Origin: Pirellula staleyi DSM 6068 | GTDB lineage: Bacteria > Planctomycetota > Planctomycetia > Pirellulales > Pirellulaceae | Direction of reading: 5' to 3' | DNA: 32,000 nt | Assembly: GCA_000025185.1 (NCBI GenBank) | Contig: CP001848.1 | Location: 1,290,001 to 1,322,000, forward strand | In this document: positions 1 to 9,598 of the stretch, piece by piece | How positions within the stretch are numbered: position 1 is the stretch's first letter | How the letters are laid out: each line of letters starts with the position of its first letter | Notes under the pieces: model-generated | The model's input: the letters and a program-made list of their open reading frames with translations, nothing else | The model's database searches: none | What the model was told of the DNA's origin: nothing | Translations under genes and position numbers: made by a program

Positions 1-566
1 GCGATCCACCTCAAGTGCGCTGCGATGAGCGCTCGGCCTGGGGGATTGGACTAGCTCCCCTGGTGGCCCAAGCGTGGGAAAGTGCGCTCGCGGAGAACCT
101 CTTGCCCCAGCAGCGCTGGGTGGCGCTGCGAACCAGTTTTGTGATTGGCCGCGACCTCGGCGCTGGCCATGGAGCGCTGGCCCGATTAATTCCGCTGGTC
201 CGGTGGGGTCTCGGTGGGACGATCGGCCGGGGGACGCAAGGGATGAGCTGGATTCACTAGCACGACATGAATCGCATTTTCGAGCAGGCGATCGAGAATG
301 ACGCGATGCGGGGAGCCTATATCGCCTCGAGCCCCCATCCCGTTTCGCAGCGCGAGTTCATGCAGGCGATGCGACGAGCTGTGAAGATGCCGATCGGCTT
401 ACCAGCGACCGAGTGGATGGTGCGGCTGGGGGCCCGCTGGCTCCTCAACACCGACCCCGATTTGGCCCTTTACGGCCGCTATGTTGTCCCTCGGCGATTG
501 CTCGACGAGGGGTTTACGTTTGAATATCCCGAGCTGTCGCCAGCCCTCAGCCATCTATTGAAGTAG
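1..566 (+). pseudogene. C-terminal part of a TIGR01777/YfcH-like NAD-dependent epimerase (DUF1731-type C-terminus); 5' end lies outside the window; interrupted by an in-frame TAG at 258-260
   Basis: ORFs 15..260 and 267..566 share one frame. The joined translation reads ...[29 protein letters not shown]...LLDEGFTFEYPELSPALSHLLK. This follows the YfcH-family pattern (LGGxxGxGxQxxSWIHxxD ... GFxFxYPxLxxAL) straight through the stop. Confidence 0.6.
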
Positions 567-593
567 GTGCCTGGCGATCGAGATATCAAGATA

Positions 594-1910
594 TCAAGCA
601 GTCACTTCGGCGCCGAAGCCGGTTTTGCGGTTGTAGAGTTTTTCTTTGGTAGCCCACAAGCCGGCGGAAGGTGTGGGGATGAAGAAGAATTCTTCGCCAT
701 CAATCGTGTTGAAACCCTCTTGTAAGGTATCGACAGGATAGCGCTTTAAGGTCTCATTGATATCGGCATAGCCAAAGTTGACTTGAGCCAAATCGTCGGG
801 ACCCAAATGGCCCGGCGCATAAGTAATGCGGAAGCGACCTTCGCTACTGCCGTGGATCAAGTGGGCAGTGGCGTGGGCGAGATCTTGCATATCAGCGTTT
901 TGTTTATAGAGCTCGCGGACTTTGGGTGTGCCGCAATAGCCATACTTGCGAATCAGTGCGTCGACATCTTTCTGTTCGCCAAAACGTTTCAGACCGGGCG
1001 CAATGACAACGAGTTCGCCATCGTCGGCCAAGGCCATGCGGGTGCGATAGACACTCTTATTAGCAACCCACGTGCTAAAGAACTCGTCCCCTTGCATCAC
1101 GCAGACGACTTTTTTGAGCGGCTTATCGAGGACCGTAATGTTTTGCTCGCGCGATTGACGTGCGGCGGCGAGATAGGTCTCGAGATCGTCTCCCACGAAC
1201 ACACCGGTGTGGGTGAGGTGGCCGGATGGGTCGCGAGCGAGGGTGACTTGAACGTAGAAGTCGGGCAAGTGGCCGAGGTAGTCTTCTTCGGCTTTGTTGA
1301 AGCACTGACGCACGGGGGTGAGGAGGTTGCCGAGGTTGTTTTCGATACCACAGCTGGCGGCGGCCATGTGTGAGGTGCAGATGAGGTCTTTGCCGGCGAC
1401 GCCGATGAAGTAGTTCTTGTTGTGGTTGGCAAACCCGAGGACTTCGTGCGGCACAACGTGGCCGATGTTGATGATGAGATCCCACTTTTCTTTCATCAGC
1501 ATGCTGTTGAGCCAAATGGGCATCGCCCAATCGGCAGCACCGGCGGTGGTCTCTTCGACGTACTCTGCCGAGAGCTCGCCGACTTTCACACAGCCATCGC
1601 GCCAGTCGTGCGCGTGGATGCGCTCGTTGGGGATGCTGCCGAACATCTGTGCGTTTTGCTCGGGGGTGTGCGGTTCGTGCTGACCGAGCGTCGGGATCAC
1701 GTGCACATCAGCTTCGTCTTTGAAGTGGTTGTAGAACGCCTCGGTGATCCAGCCGCTGCCGGAGTGCATGCGTGTGATATCGGGCGGCAAGAGGAGTACG
1801 CGGCGGGGGCTTTTGCAGATTCGCTCGCGCGCTTCCTGACAAGCACGCTCGACAAGTTCCAGGACACGAGCACGCGAAATCGACGGAGCGGATTCAGTAA
1901 ACCAAGGCAT
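594..1910 (-). CDS. LarA-like (DUF2088, lactate racemase N-terminal domain family) protein; putative nickel-pincer-cofactor racemase/epimerase
   Basis: 438-aa uninterrupted ORF with an ATG start. The segment GHVVPHEVLGFANHNKNYFIG resembles the LarA core (G.V.PH...GFSGG.K with the cofactor-tethering Lys). The family assignment is from memory of LarA homologues, not from a search. Confidence 0.7.
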   Translation of the reverse strand: MPWFTESAPSISRARVLELVERACQEARERICKSPRRVLLLPPDITRMHSGSGWITEAFYNHFKDEADVHVIPTLGQHEPHTPEQNAQMFGSIPNERIHAHDWRDGCVKVGELSAEYVEETTAGAADWAMPIWLNSMLMKEKWDLIINIGHVVPHEVLGFANHNKNYFIGVAGKDLICTSHMAAASCGIENNLGNLLTPVRQCFNKAEEDYLGHLPDFYVQVTLARDPSGHLTHTGVFVGDDLETYLAAARQSREQNITVLDKPLKKVVCVMQGDEFFSTWVANKSVYRTRMALADDGELVVIAPGLKRFGEQKDVDALIRKYGYCGTPKVRELYKQNADMQDLAHATAHLIHGSSEGRFRITYAPGHLGPDDLAQVNFGYADINETLKRYPVDTLQEGFNTIDGEEFFFIPTPSAGLWATKEKLYNRKTGFGAEVTA

Positions 1911-1961
1911 GGCGATTGTCTGTTATGAGTGAATAATTAGGAAAGGAATCGTGCAAAGTTG

Positions 1962-2003
1962 TGTAAAACAGGGTCCTGAATTGCTGCAGAACAGTTCAGG
2001 ACT
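1962..2003 (-). terminator. Possible intrinsic terminator downstream of pepA
   Basis: On the minus strand: GTCCTGAA-ctgttctgcagcaa-TTCAGGAC (8-bp stem, 1974-1981/1996-2003), followed by CCTGTTTTAC. It lies ~50 nt after the pepA stop. The U-tract is short, so this is weak. Confidence 0.35.
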
Positions 2004-2054
2004 TATTGACGATATGATGAAGAGTTTGCTGCGCACCAGCAACTCTTTTGGGGA

Positions 2055-3524
2055 CTACACGGCACCGCTCGAGTAGCGACGAACCACCTCGACCAGTGTG
2101 CGGACGAGACAGCCGCTGCCACCGGCATCGAGCCATGGTTTAGGGCTATCGAAGTAGCTCGGCCCGGCGATATCGATGTGTAGCCAAGGCTTGCCGTTGA
2201 CGAATTCTTCGAGGAATTTCGCAGCGGTAATGGCGCCCCCCCAGCGTCCATCGCCGACGTTTTTGATGTCGGCAATGTCGCTGCGAATCTGTTCGCCATA
2301 CTCGGGAAACATCGGCAACTGCCAGACCTGTTCCCCCACGGTGTCGGCCGACGAGCGGACCAGATCGCAGAGTGCTTGATCGTTGGTCATCAGCCCGGCG
2401 ACGTCGTTTCCGAGGGCGACCATGCAAGCGCCGGTGAGGGTCGCGAGGTCGATGATGCGGGCAGGATCGTGCTGCAAAGCGACGTCCAAAACGTCGGCCA
2501 AAACGAGGCGACCTTCGGCATCGGTGTTGAGGACTTCGATCGTCTTGCCACTGCGCGCGGTGAGGACATCTCCCAGCTTGTAGCTGTCGCCACTGAGCAT
2601 GTTCTCGACCAGCCCGCACAAGCCGATCACGTTGATTGGCAGCTTGAGCGCGGCGATGGCCTGCAAGGTAGCAACCACGGTGGCAGCGCCAGCCATGTCG
2701 CACTTCATCGTCTTCATGCCGTCGGTCGGTTTGATCGAGAGACCACCGCTGTCGAACGTCACTCCTTTACCGACAAGCGCCAGTGGTGCTTGGCCGCTCG
2801 GTCCACCCATGTACTTCAGGATGACGAGTCGTGCAGGCTTGCTGCTGCCTCGCGCGACCGCCAGCAGCGATCCACAGCGCTCGGCTTCGAGCCGCGCTTG
2901 ATCCCACACTTCAATGGCGAGGCCACTTTGCTCGGCCACCTTCACAGCAGCGGCGGCGAACGATTCGGGGTAAATCTCGCTCGGAGGTTCGTTGACGAGA
3001 TGTCGCGCGAGGTTCATGGCGTTTGCCAGCACCTCGCCGCGCGTCGCCACAGCGGGAGCGATACCACTAACTACGAGTTCGCCAAAGGGAAAACGTCCCT
3101 TTTTGGTGCGATACAGATCGCTGCCGACCGAGCCGAGGAGCATGCCGGTGACAGCCGCTTCGGCAAACGGTTCGCTAAAACGAGGATCTGCAGCCAGGGC
3201 AACTTTCGCGCGAGGTTTCGACGACAGCTGCTTGGCAGCGGCGGAAAAGCTTCGCAGCACGGTCCCTTGATCGAGCGCATCGGGCTTGCCGAGTCCCACC
3301 ACCGCCAGCACGGCTGTTTTTAACCCCGGAGGAGCGAGCAGCAGGGTCACTTCCCCCTTTTTCCCGGTGATTTCTTTCGTTTCGATCAGTTTCGAGATCT
3401 GCCCGCCGGTGGCCAGATCGAGCTCGGCGGCGATGGTCGGGAGTGGACTATCGGCAAAAATACTGGTGACGATCGCATCGGCTTCGAGTGATTTAACCGC
3501 TGCGTCTGTAAACGAAAGTCCCAT
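2055..3524 (-). CDS. pepA: Leucyl aminopeptidase (M17 family)
   Basis: Carries the M17 signature NTDAEGRLVLAD, plus VGKGVTFDSGG and MKCDMAGAA metal/active-site blocks. The ORF is open to 3749, but the homologous region begins at MGLSFTD (ATG 3524), giving a typical ~490-aa PepA. Confidence 0.9.
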   Translation of the reverse strand: MGLSFTDAAVKSLEADAIVTSIFADSPLPTIAAELDLATGGQISKLIETKEITGKKGEVTLLLAPPGLKTAVLAVVGLGKPDALDQGTVLRSFSAAAKQLSSKPRAKVALAADPRFSEPFAEAAVTGMLLGSVGSDLYRTKKGRFPFGELVVSGIAPAVATRGEVLANAMNLARHLVNEPPSEIYPESFAAAAVKVAEQSGLAIEVWDQARLEAERCGSLLAVARGSSKPARLVILKYMGGPSGQAPLALVGKGVTFDSGGLSIKPTDGMKTMKCDMAGAATVVATLQAIAALKLPINVIGLCGLVENMLSGDSYKLGDVLTARSGKTIEVLNTDAEGRLVLADVLDVALQHDPARIIDLATLTGACMVALGNDVAGLMTNDQALCDLVRSSADTVGEQVWQLPMFPEYGEQIRSDIADIKNVGDGRWGGAITAAKFLEEFVNGKPWLHIDIAGPSYFDSPKPWLDAGGSGCLVRTLVEVVRRYSSGAV

Positions 3525-3821
3525 GCCTGTTTGACCTTTCACCGCTGGTTGTCCGGGAAGTGAGAGCGTTATTGTAGCTCTCCCGCTGCGGTCTATGGAG
3601 TGTGGCAACGGAGGGAACCGCATCGGCTGATAGCTCCCATGGTCCGTACCCCATCGAGGGGAGTCCATCGAGCTGCCGCTGGTTCCCCGTACCTCTCGAG
3701 CGCCGATTGGACGATACTCTACGACTGGGGATAGCATTCCAGCGATCACCTGCCCGGTTTTTCACAACGTTTGTCATCTCCACGACTTAGCACCGCTTGC
3801 TCTCAACGAACCACGTGACGC

Positions 3822-5645
3822 ATGTTCTCGCTCCGCCATTTGTGCAACGACCTTCACGCCGCCGGTCACCTGGTCAGGCTCGAGGAGGAAATCGATCCCG
3901 TGCTCGAGGCAGCTGAGATTCAGCGCCGCGTGTATGCCTCGGGCGGACCGGCGGTCTACTTCGCGAACGTCAAAGGGACGCGCTTCCCGATGCTCTCCAA
4001 TTTGTTTGGAACCATCGAGCGGGCCCGCTATGTGTTTCGACATACCTACGACAAAGTCCGCCGGGCAATTGAACTCAAGATCGAGCCCCAACAACTACTC
4101 AAGAACCCGCTTCGATATATCAGCGCGCCACTGACAGCCTGGCGCATGCAACCCAAGAGTGTGTCGAGTGGTCCGATTTTGGGTCAAAGTATTAAGATCT
4201 CTGAGATTCCGAATCTCAAAAGCTGGCCGATGGATGGGGGACCGTTTGTCACACTTCCGCAATGTTATACGGAAGACCCTGATAAACCGGGCTTACAGCA
4301 TTCGAATCTTGGTATGTATCGCGTGCAGTTGGCCGGTAACGATTATAAGACCGATGAAGAGATTGGTCTGCATTATCAATTGCATCGTGGAATTGGGGTC
4401 CATCACACCGCCGCGCTCCGCCGCAACGAGCCATTTCGCGTGAACGTGTTTGTCGGAGGACATCCAGCGATGAGCCTGGCGGCTGTCATGCCACTTCCCG
4501 AAGGGATGCCCGAGCTGACGTTCGCCGGAGCCCTCGCCGGACACCGGATTCCGATGATCCGCCAGCCTGGAAAATTGCCGATCTACGGCGATGCCGATTT
4601 TTGCATCCAGGGGGTCGTTTTGCCGGGAAATCCCAAGAAAATGGAGGGTCCTTTCGGCGATCACTTGGGCTATTACAGCCTGGCGCATGAGTTTCCGGTG
4701 ATGAAGGTCGAGAAGGTCTGGGCCCGGAAAGATGCAGTCTGGCACTTCACTGTCGTCGGGCGTCCGCCGCAGGAAGACACCACCTTTGGTGAGCTGATTC
4801 ACGACCTCACCGGGCCGGTCATTCCGACCGTGATTCATGGGGTGAAGGGGGTGAATGCTGTCGATGCAGCAGGCGTGCATCCGCTGCTACTAGCGATTGG
4901 GAGCGAGCGTTATATGCCGTTCCATAATAACCCTCGACCGCAAGAGATATTGACCCAAGCCAATGCGATTTTAGGCCAAGGGCAAATGTCGCTGGCGAAG
5001 TGGCTCCTGATTGTTAGCAGTAATGACAATCCTGATTTAGACGTGCATGATATCCCTGCACATCTCAAACATTTACTCGAGCGGATTGACTGGACGCGCG
5101 ACGTCCATTTTCAGACTTGTACGACGATTGATACGCTCGATTATAGTGGGGATGGTCTTAATACGGGATCGAAATGCGTGCTGGCGGCTGCAGGAGCGCC
5201 GATTCGGACTTTGGGTACCGAATTGCCGCGCGATCTCAAACTGGCTGACGGATTTAGTGATCCGAGGATCGCAATCCCTGGCGTGCTGATGATCCAGTCG
5301 CCGAATGCAGGGAGCGACTATCGGGCCGATCGCGAGCGTTTTTGCCGCGAAACGCGGGGCGATTTCAGTAAGTTTCCGCTGCTGGTGCTGGTCGACGATA
5401 GCCAGTTTTCGGCCCGAACGCTTAACAACTTCCTGTGGACCACGTTTACGCGTAGCAATCCGGCGATCGATATCGATGGGCTCGAGAGTTTCACGCGCGA
5501 CAAGCACTGGGGCTGCCGTGGTCCGCTGGTGATCGACGCCCGGGTGAAGCCGCACCATGCCCCGCCACTCGTCGAGGACCCAGCGATCACCAGCCGCGTC
5601 GATGCCCTGGCTGCGCGGGGTGGTCCGCTCGCCAAGTGGCTGTAG
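3822..5645 (+). CDS. UbiD-family (prenylated-FMN dependent) decarboxylase, long form as used in menaquinone/ubiquinone biosynthesis
   Basis: 607-aa ORF. The N-terminus LRHLCNDLHAAGHLVRLEEEIDPVLEAAEIQRRV..GGPAVYFANVKG..FPMLSNLFGT matches the UbiD N-terminal pattern (L..G.L.....VDP.LE..EI.DR....GGPA.LFE...G...P...NLFGT). Confidence 0.85.
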   Translation: MFSLRHLCNDLHAAGHLVRLEEEIDPVLEAAEIQRRVYASGGPAVYFANVKGTRFPMLSNLFGTIERARYVFRHTYDKVRRAIELKIEPQQLLKNPLRYISAPLTAWRMQPKSVSSGPILGQSIKISEIPNLKSWPMDGGPFVTLPQCYTEDPDKPGLQHSNLGMYRVQLAGNDYKTDEEIGLHYQLHRGIGVHHTAALRRNEPFRVNVFVGGHPAMSLAAVMPLPEGMPELTFAGALAGHRIPMIRQPGKLPIYGDADFCIQGVVLPGNPKKMEGPFGDHLGYYSLAHEFPVMKVEKVWARKDAVWHFTVVGRPPQEDTTFGELIHDLTGPVIPTVIHGVKGVNAVDAAGVHPLLLAIGSERYMPFHNNPRPQEILTQANAILGQGQMSLAKWLLIVSSNDNPDLDVHDIPAHLKHLLERIDWTRDVHFQTCTTIDTLDYSGDGLNTGSKCVLAAAGAPIRTLGTELPRDLKLADGFSDPRIAIPGVLMIQSPNAGSDYRADRERFCRETRGDFSKFPLLVLVDDSQFSARTLNNFLWTTFTRSNPAIDIDGLESFTRDKHWGCRGPLVIDARVKPHHAPPLVEDPAITSRVDALAARGGPLAKWL

Positions 5646-5888
5646 AAGTGGATGCGGCATAACGTTTTACGTCGCTATTGAATCTCGAAGTTCTCGGCAA
5701 AAGCGGCATAAGCCCCCTCTTCCCACCGGCGTGGGGCCGGTAGTTCTTCGCCGCTGGCGCATCCCTATCGTGGCAGGTCGACGCGCCCTCCGTTTGGTGT
5801 CACACTCTAGGAGCGACCTCGCGGCGGATTCTTTGCGAAATCAGGTTTGTCGTCACTCCTCGTGCACCCTCTGTTTCAAGCGCCACCC

Positions 5889-8048
5889 ATGCCCCAGCTA
5901 CTTGCCGACATGCTCGTGGCCTGGGCTCCCCAGATCGAACTTGAAACGATCTGGGTCACGGTCACCGTGATGCAGTTGATCTGGCAAACGCTCATCGTCC
6001 TTTGGGTCACGTCGGTCGGGGCGTGTGTGGGCAGCTTTCTGAATGTCGTAATCTACCGGCTGCCGCTGGGGATGAACCTCAGCACGCCGCCGTCGAGTTG
6101 CCCGCGCTGTCACCATAAGATCCGTCGACGACATAACATCCCCGTCTTGGGATGGATCATGCTTGGTGGAAAATGTTTTGATTGTAAGTTGCCCATCTCG
6201 GTGCGCTATCCGATCGTCGAGGCGATGACCGGCGGCATGTTCGCTTGGCTGTCGATTGCTTGGGTCTGTTTTGGTTGGGATTACTCCCCGCGCTGGTGGC
6301 TACCCAGTCCCAATACGTTGATCGTCCGCGATGTAATCACCCCGTTTGATGATGTCACGTTCTGGGCCTTCTTGGTCGTTCCGCTGATCCTCGCTGCGAC
6401 CTTGCATGCAGCGGCGTGGATCGACTACGACGGCCAGCGACAGCCTTGGAAACTAGGGATTCTCGCTGGTTTTGCGGGATTGCTTTTGCCCATGCTCTGG
6501 CCATCGCTGCGGCGCGTGCCGGGAATCTATTACCTGGTGAGCCAGTTCCCAGAGACGCTCGGAAACTCGCGTGGCGTTTGGGAGGCTCGCACAGCGGAGA
6601 TCTCCGCTAGTTCCATCCTGATGGGAGGTGTCGACGGTTTGCTGGGTGCCCTGGCAGGCTATCTCTTGGCTTGGAAGATCGACGCCCTATGGATGAGCGC
6701 TGCACTGGGACAGCAGGGACTCGCGCGCGAGGTGCAAAACTACGCGCTCCGTCGCCGAGGATTAACACTTCTCATGCCGCTGGTGGGGCTAGCGCTCGGC
6801 TGGCAGCGCGTGCTACTGGCGGCCCTGGCAGTGGTGATCGTCGAGACGCTGGTGAGCGGCTATGCGTGGCTGAAAGTTGCGCCGCCGGGTGACGAAAACG
6901 CTGCGGGGGCGACTGCAAACCGCACGTTTTGTCTCCCCCCTGCAGCGACGCTGATTGCCTGCGTTTTGCTGTCGATTTTCGAGTTCGATCTGCTGCTCGA
7001 TCTGGGGCGGTGGACAGCATCGATCGAGCGGATGCTCGTTCCGCTCGGGATTTCCTCGGCAATTGGTCTCCTGGCACTTGCCTCGGGGCACTTGGCCGCG
7101 AAAGGTTATTTTGGAGCGCACGCGCGTAGCTTCCCGCTGCAAGGTTTGGGCACGCTGGCGACTCCCTCCTCTCCCCTCTCATCACAGGCTCATGACATGC
7201 AACCTAGCGACAACCTCGAGGCGATTTTGAAGTCGCCCAGCTATCGTATTGCGGCCGAGGATACTGACTTCCTGCTGCGGCCCGAACTTCGTCCGGTACG
7301 CTTGCAGCTGGAACTGCTCAAGCCGGAAATGATTCTCGAAGAACAAGGGGTCGAGAGCACGATTGTGCTGTTTGGCGGCACGGCGATTGTCGAGCGCCAT
7401 CATGCGGAAGAGCGTGCTCGTCTGGCCCGTTTGGATTTGGAACAAGACCCCGACAATGTCCAGCTAAAACGCAAACTGCATCGCGCCGAGCGGGTGCTGG
7501 CGAAAGCTCATTATTATGACGACGCGCGCGAGCTGGCGCGCATTGTGTCGAGCAGTTGCCAGCACGAAAGTCGCTGCGACTATGTGGTGGTTACCGGGGG
7601 TGGCCCTGGCATTATGGAAGCTGCCAATCGAGGGGCGTTTGATGTCGGCGCTAAATCGATTGGTCTTAATATCACACTGCCTCACGAACAAACACCCAAC
7701 GCCTATATCACACCGCAGCTCTGTTTTCAGTTCCGTTATTTTGCGCTCCGCAAAATGCACTTCTTAATGCGTGCCAAAGCGCTGGTGGTCTTTCCAGGAG
7801 GGTTCGGCACACTCGACGAACTGTTCGAGGTGCTCACCCTCCGCCAAACCCAGCGGATGCAAGAAATCCCGGTGATTTTGTACGGACGCGACTACTGGTC
7901 GAACGTCATCGACTTCCAGTACCTGGCCGACGAAGGGGTGATTGCCGACGAGCATTTGAATTTAATTCAGTTCGCCGAATCACCCAATGAAGCTTGGGAT
8001 ATCATCACCCGGTTTAATAAACTGCGGGCTAATCAGCATGTCGATTAA
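5889..8048 (+). CDS. Fusion protein: prepilin peptidase (A24)-like polytopic membrane domain plus C-terminal LOG/TIGR00730 (PpnN-like) nucleotide 5'-monophosphate nucleosidase domain
   Basis: The frame is open from 5847 (TTG) with no stop to 8048; the first ATG is at 5889. The N-terminal part has GSFLNVVIYRLP, CPRCHH...CFDCKLPISVRYPIVE (two Cys pairs), WIDYDGQRQP and GGVDGLLGALAGYL (putative catalytic Asp motifs). The C-terminal part, from M451 (nt 7197), has TGGGPGIMEAANRGA and PGGFGTLDELFE. Confidence 0.8.
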   Translation: MPQLLADMLVAWAPQIELETIWVTVTVMQLIWQTLIVLWVTSVGACVGSFLNVVIYRLPLGMNLSTPPSSCPRCHHKIRRRHNIPVLGWIMLGGKCFDCKLPISVRYPIVEAMTGGMFAWLSIAWVCFGWDYSPRWWLPSPNTLIVRDVITPFDDVTFWAFLVVPLILAATLHAAAWIDYDGQRQPWKLGILAGFAGLLLPMLWPSLRRVPGIYYLVSQFPETLGNSRGVWEARTAEISASSILMGGVDGLLGALAGYLLAWKIDALWMSAALGQQGLAREVQNYALRRRGLTLLMPLVGLALGWQRVLLAALAVVIVETLVSGYAWLKVAPPGDENAAGATANRTFCLPPAATLIACVLLSIFEFDLLLDLGRWTASIERMLVPLGISSAIGLLALASGHLAAKGYFGAHARSFPLQGLGTLATPSSPLSSQAHDMQPSDNLEAILKSPSYRIAAEDTDFLLRPELRPVRLQLELLKPEMILEEQGVESTIVLFGGTAIVERHHAEERARLARLDLEQDPDNVQLKRKLHRAERVLAKAHYYDDARELARIVSSSCQHESRCDYVVVTGGGPGIMEAANRGAFDVGAKSIGLNITLPHEQTPNAYITPQLCFQFRYFALRKMHFLMRAKALVVFPGGFGTLDELFEVLTLRQTQRMQEIPVILYGRDYWSNVIDFQYLADEGVIADEHLNLIQFAESPNEAWDIITRFNKLRANQHVD

Positions 8049-8127
8049 GAAGGTTCACTTGACGGCGCTCTAGAGTGCCGTGATGTAAACTTCAAAGATA
8101 TTGGTACCAGCGATCGGATCGTGCAGT

Positions 8128-8907
8128 ATGTCAACTCGCCGGCAGCAAGTGTTTGGCACAGATGTCCCGGTGGCATTGGTGCTGGGTAGTGGCGCGAAGC
8201 GCGTTGGGAATTCGATTGCGCGATTGCTCGCCAACGAAGGTTATCAGCTCGCGATTCATGCCAATCGGAGTCTCGAGGAGGCTGAGGCTACCGCGCGGCA
8301 ACTTCGTGAGATTGGCACACCGGCGATCGCAGTGCAGGGAAATATCGCGGTCGAAGCCGATGCCCGGCGCATAGTGCGCGAAACGTATCAGCATTTCGCG
8401 CGGATCGACGTTTTAGTCTGCGCTGCAGCTATTTGGCGCCCCATCAAACTTGAAGAGGTGACCGCTGCCGAAGTGCGCGAGAACTTTGAGATCAACACTT
8501 TGGGGTCCTTCGTCTGCGCCCAAGAAGCGGGTCTTCTGATGGCCTCACAGCCCTCTGGGGGCACCATTATATTGATAGGTGACTGGGCGATTGTTCGACC
8601 TTATAAGAATTACGCGGGCTATTTTCCCTCGAAAGGTGCCATACCAACCCTCACACGCACCTTGGCGGTCGAACTTGCGAGTCGTAATCCTCGAGTGCGC
8701 GTGAATGCTGTGCTCCCAGGTCCGGTGATGCTGCCAGCCGACCTGCCACCAGCCGAGCGCGAGCATGCGATCGCCGGGACCCTCGTCAAACGGGAAGGGA
8801 CTCCGGAGCATGTCGCCCACGCCGTTTTGGCGCTCGTAGAAAACGACTTCATCACCGGGGTCTGCTTGCCGGTCGATGGGGGGCGCACGATCGCCTCCGG
8901 GGAATAG
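8128..8907 (+). CDS. SDR-family oxidoreductase (pteridine-reductase-like)
   Basis: Cofactor-binding segment LVLGSGAKRVGNSIARLLANEGYQLAIHANRS resembles pteridine reductase (TGAAKRxGxxIA....G..V..HY..S). It also has a YxxxK catalytic motif (YFPSK) and NAVLPGPV. The ATG at 8128 is preferred over the TTG at 8101. Confidence 0.85.
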   Translation: MSTRRQQVFGTDVPVALVLGSGAKRVGNSIARLLANEGYQLAIHANRSLEEAEATARQLREIGTPAIAVQGNIAVEADARRIVRETYQHFARIDVLVCAAAIWRPIKLEEVTAAEVRENFEINTLGSFVCAQEAGLLMASQPSGGTIILIGDWAIVRPYKNYAGYFPSKGAIPTLTRTLAVELASRNPRVRVNAVLPGPVMLPADLPPAEREHAIAGTLVKREGTPEHVAHAVLALVENDFITGVCLPVDGGRTIASGE

Positions 8908-9124
8908 TCGGCTGGTCTCTAAACTGCGTGCACGCGAAAATTCGTCCGCTGACGCGTAACCGCTGACGTCCGCCGCTCACTCTTCTTCAGGCTGAGCACC
9001 CCTTACGGTTGCTCCGCCAGTGAGTAGTTTCGCGATGGGCCTCTGGCGGGTAGGAATAAGCGTCGTCCGATTGATGGGCATTCGGGCGTCAGCTTTCCAC
9101 CTCTCTCGGGGCCAGCGTGCAGCC

Positions 9125-9598
9125 ATGATTCTCGATCAACTCAGCCGACGAAAGTGGTATCAGGGACTTCATCCACGGCTTGTGCGGGCGCTGGAATATC
9201 TTGCTACGACAGACCTTACGTCGCTCTCCGAGGGAAAACATACGATCGAAGGAGAGCAGCTGTTTGCGATTGTGCAGGACTACCAGCCCAAGCCGGTCGA
9301 GATGGGGGCGTTTGAATCGCATCGACGCTACTGGGACGTGCAGTATGTAGTGCGAGGAGCCGAGCGGATGGGCTGGGCACCGGTCGAGAGCTTGCGGGTG
9401 GTTCAGCCTCACGACGACGAGCGCGACATTGCGTTCTTCGACGGGGTTGGCCCCCTCTTCACCGTCGGGTCGGGCTGGTTCGCGATTTTTGCCCCCCACG
9501 ATGGTCACATGCCGAGCCTGGCCCTCGAGAATCCGCCAATTGGGGATTTGGGCATGGTGAGAAAGGTTGTCGTGAAAGTAGAATGCTTAGATACGTAA
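9125..9598 (+). CDS. YhcH/YjgK/YiaL (DUF386, EbgC-like) family protein
   Basis: Starting at MILDQL (ATG 9125): ...HTIEGEQLFAIVQDYQPKP....FESHRRYWDVQYVVRGAERMGW...FAIFAPHDGHMP. This is the characteristic ESHR.Y.D.Q....GxE and F.P.D.H.P layout of the family, with a typical ~157-aa size. Confidence 0.85.
   Translation: MILDQLSRRKWYQGLHPRLVRALEYLATTDLTSLSEGKHTIEGEQLFAIVQDYQPKPVEMGAFESHRRYWDVQYVVRGAERMGWAPVESLRVVQPHDDERDIAFFDGVGPLFTVGSGWFAIFAPHDGHMPSLALENPPIGDLGMVRKVVVKVECLDT

Noticed and set aside
3525-3749. A 75-codon in-frame N-terminal extension of the pepA ORF.
   Set aside because: The extension (MIAGMLSPVVEYRPIGAREV...) has no M17 homology. PepA similarity starts at MGLSFTD (ATG 3524), which gives the usual length.
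8049-8100. A near-palindrome GGCGCTCTAGAGTGCC after the fusion gene, considered as a terminator or operator.
   Set aside because: The loop would be only 2 nt, and no U-tract follows. A single occurrence gives no supporting context.
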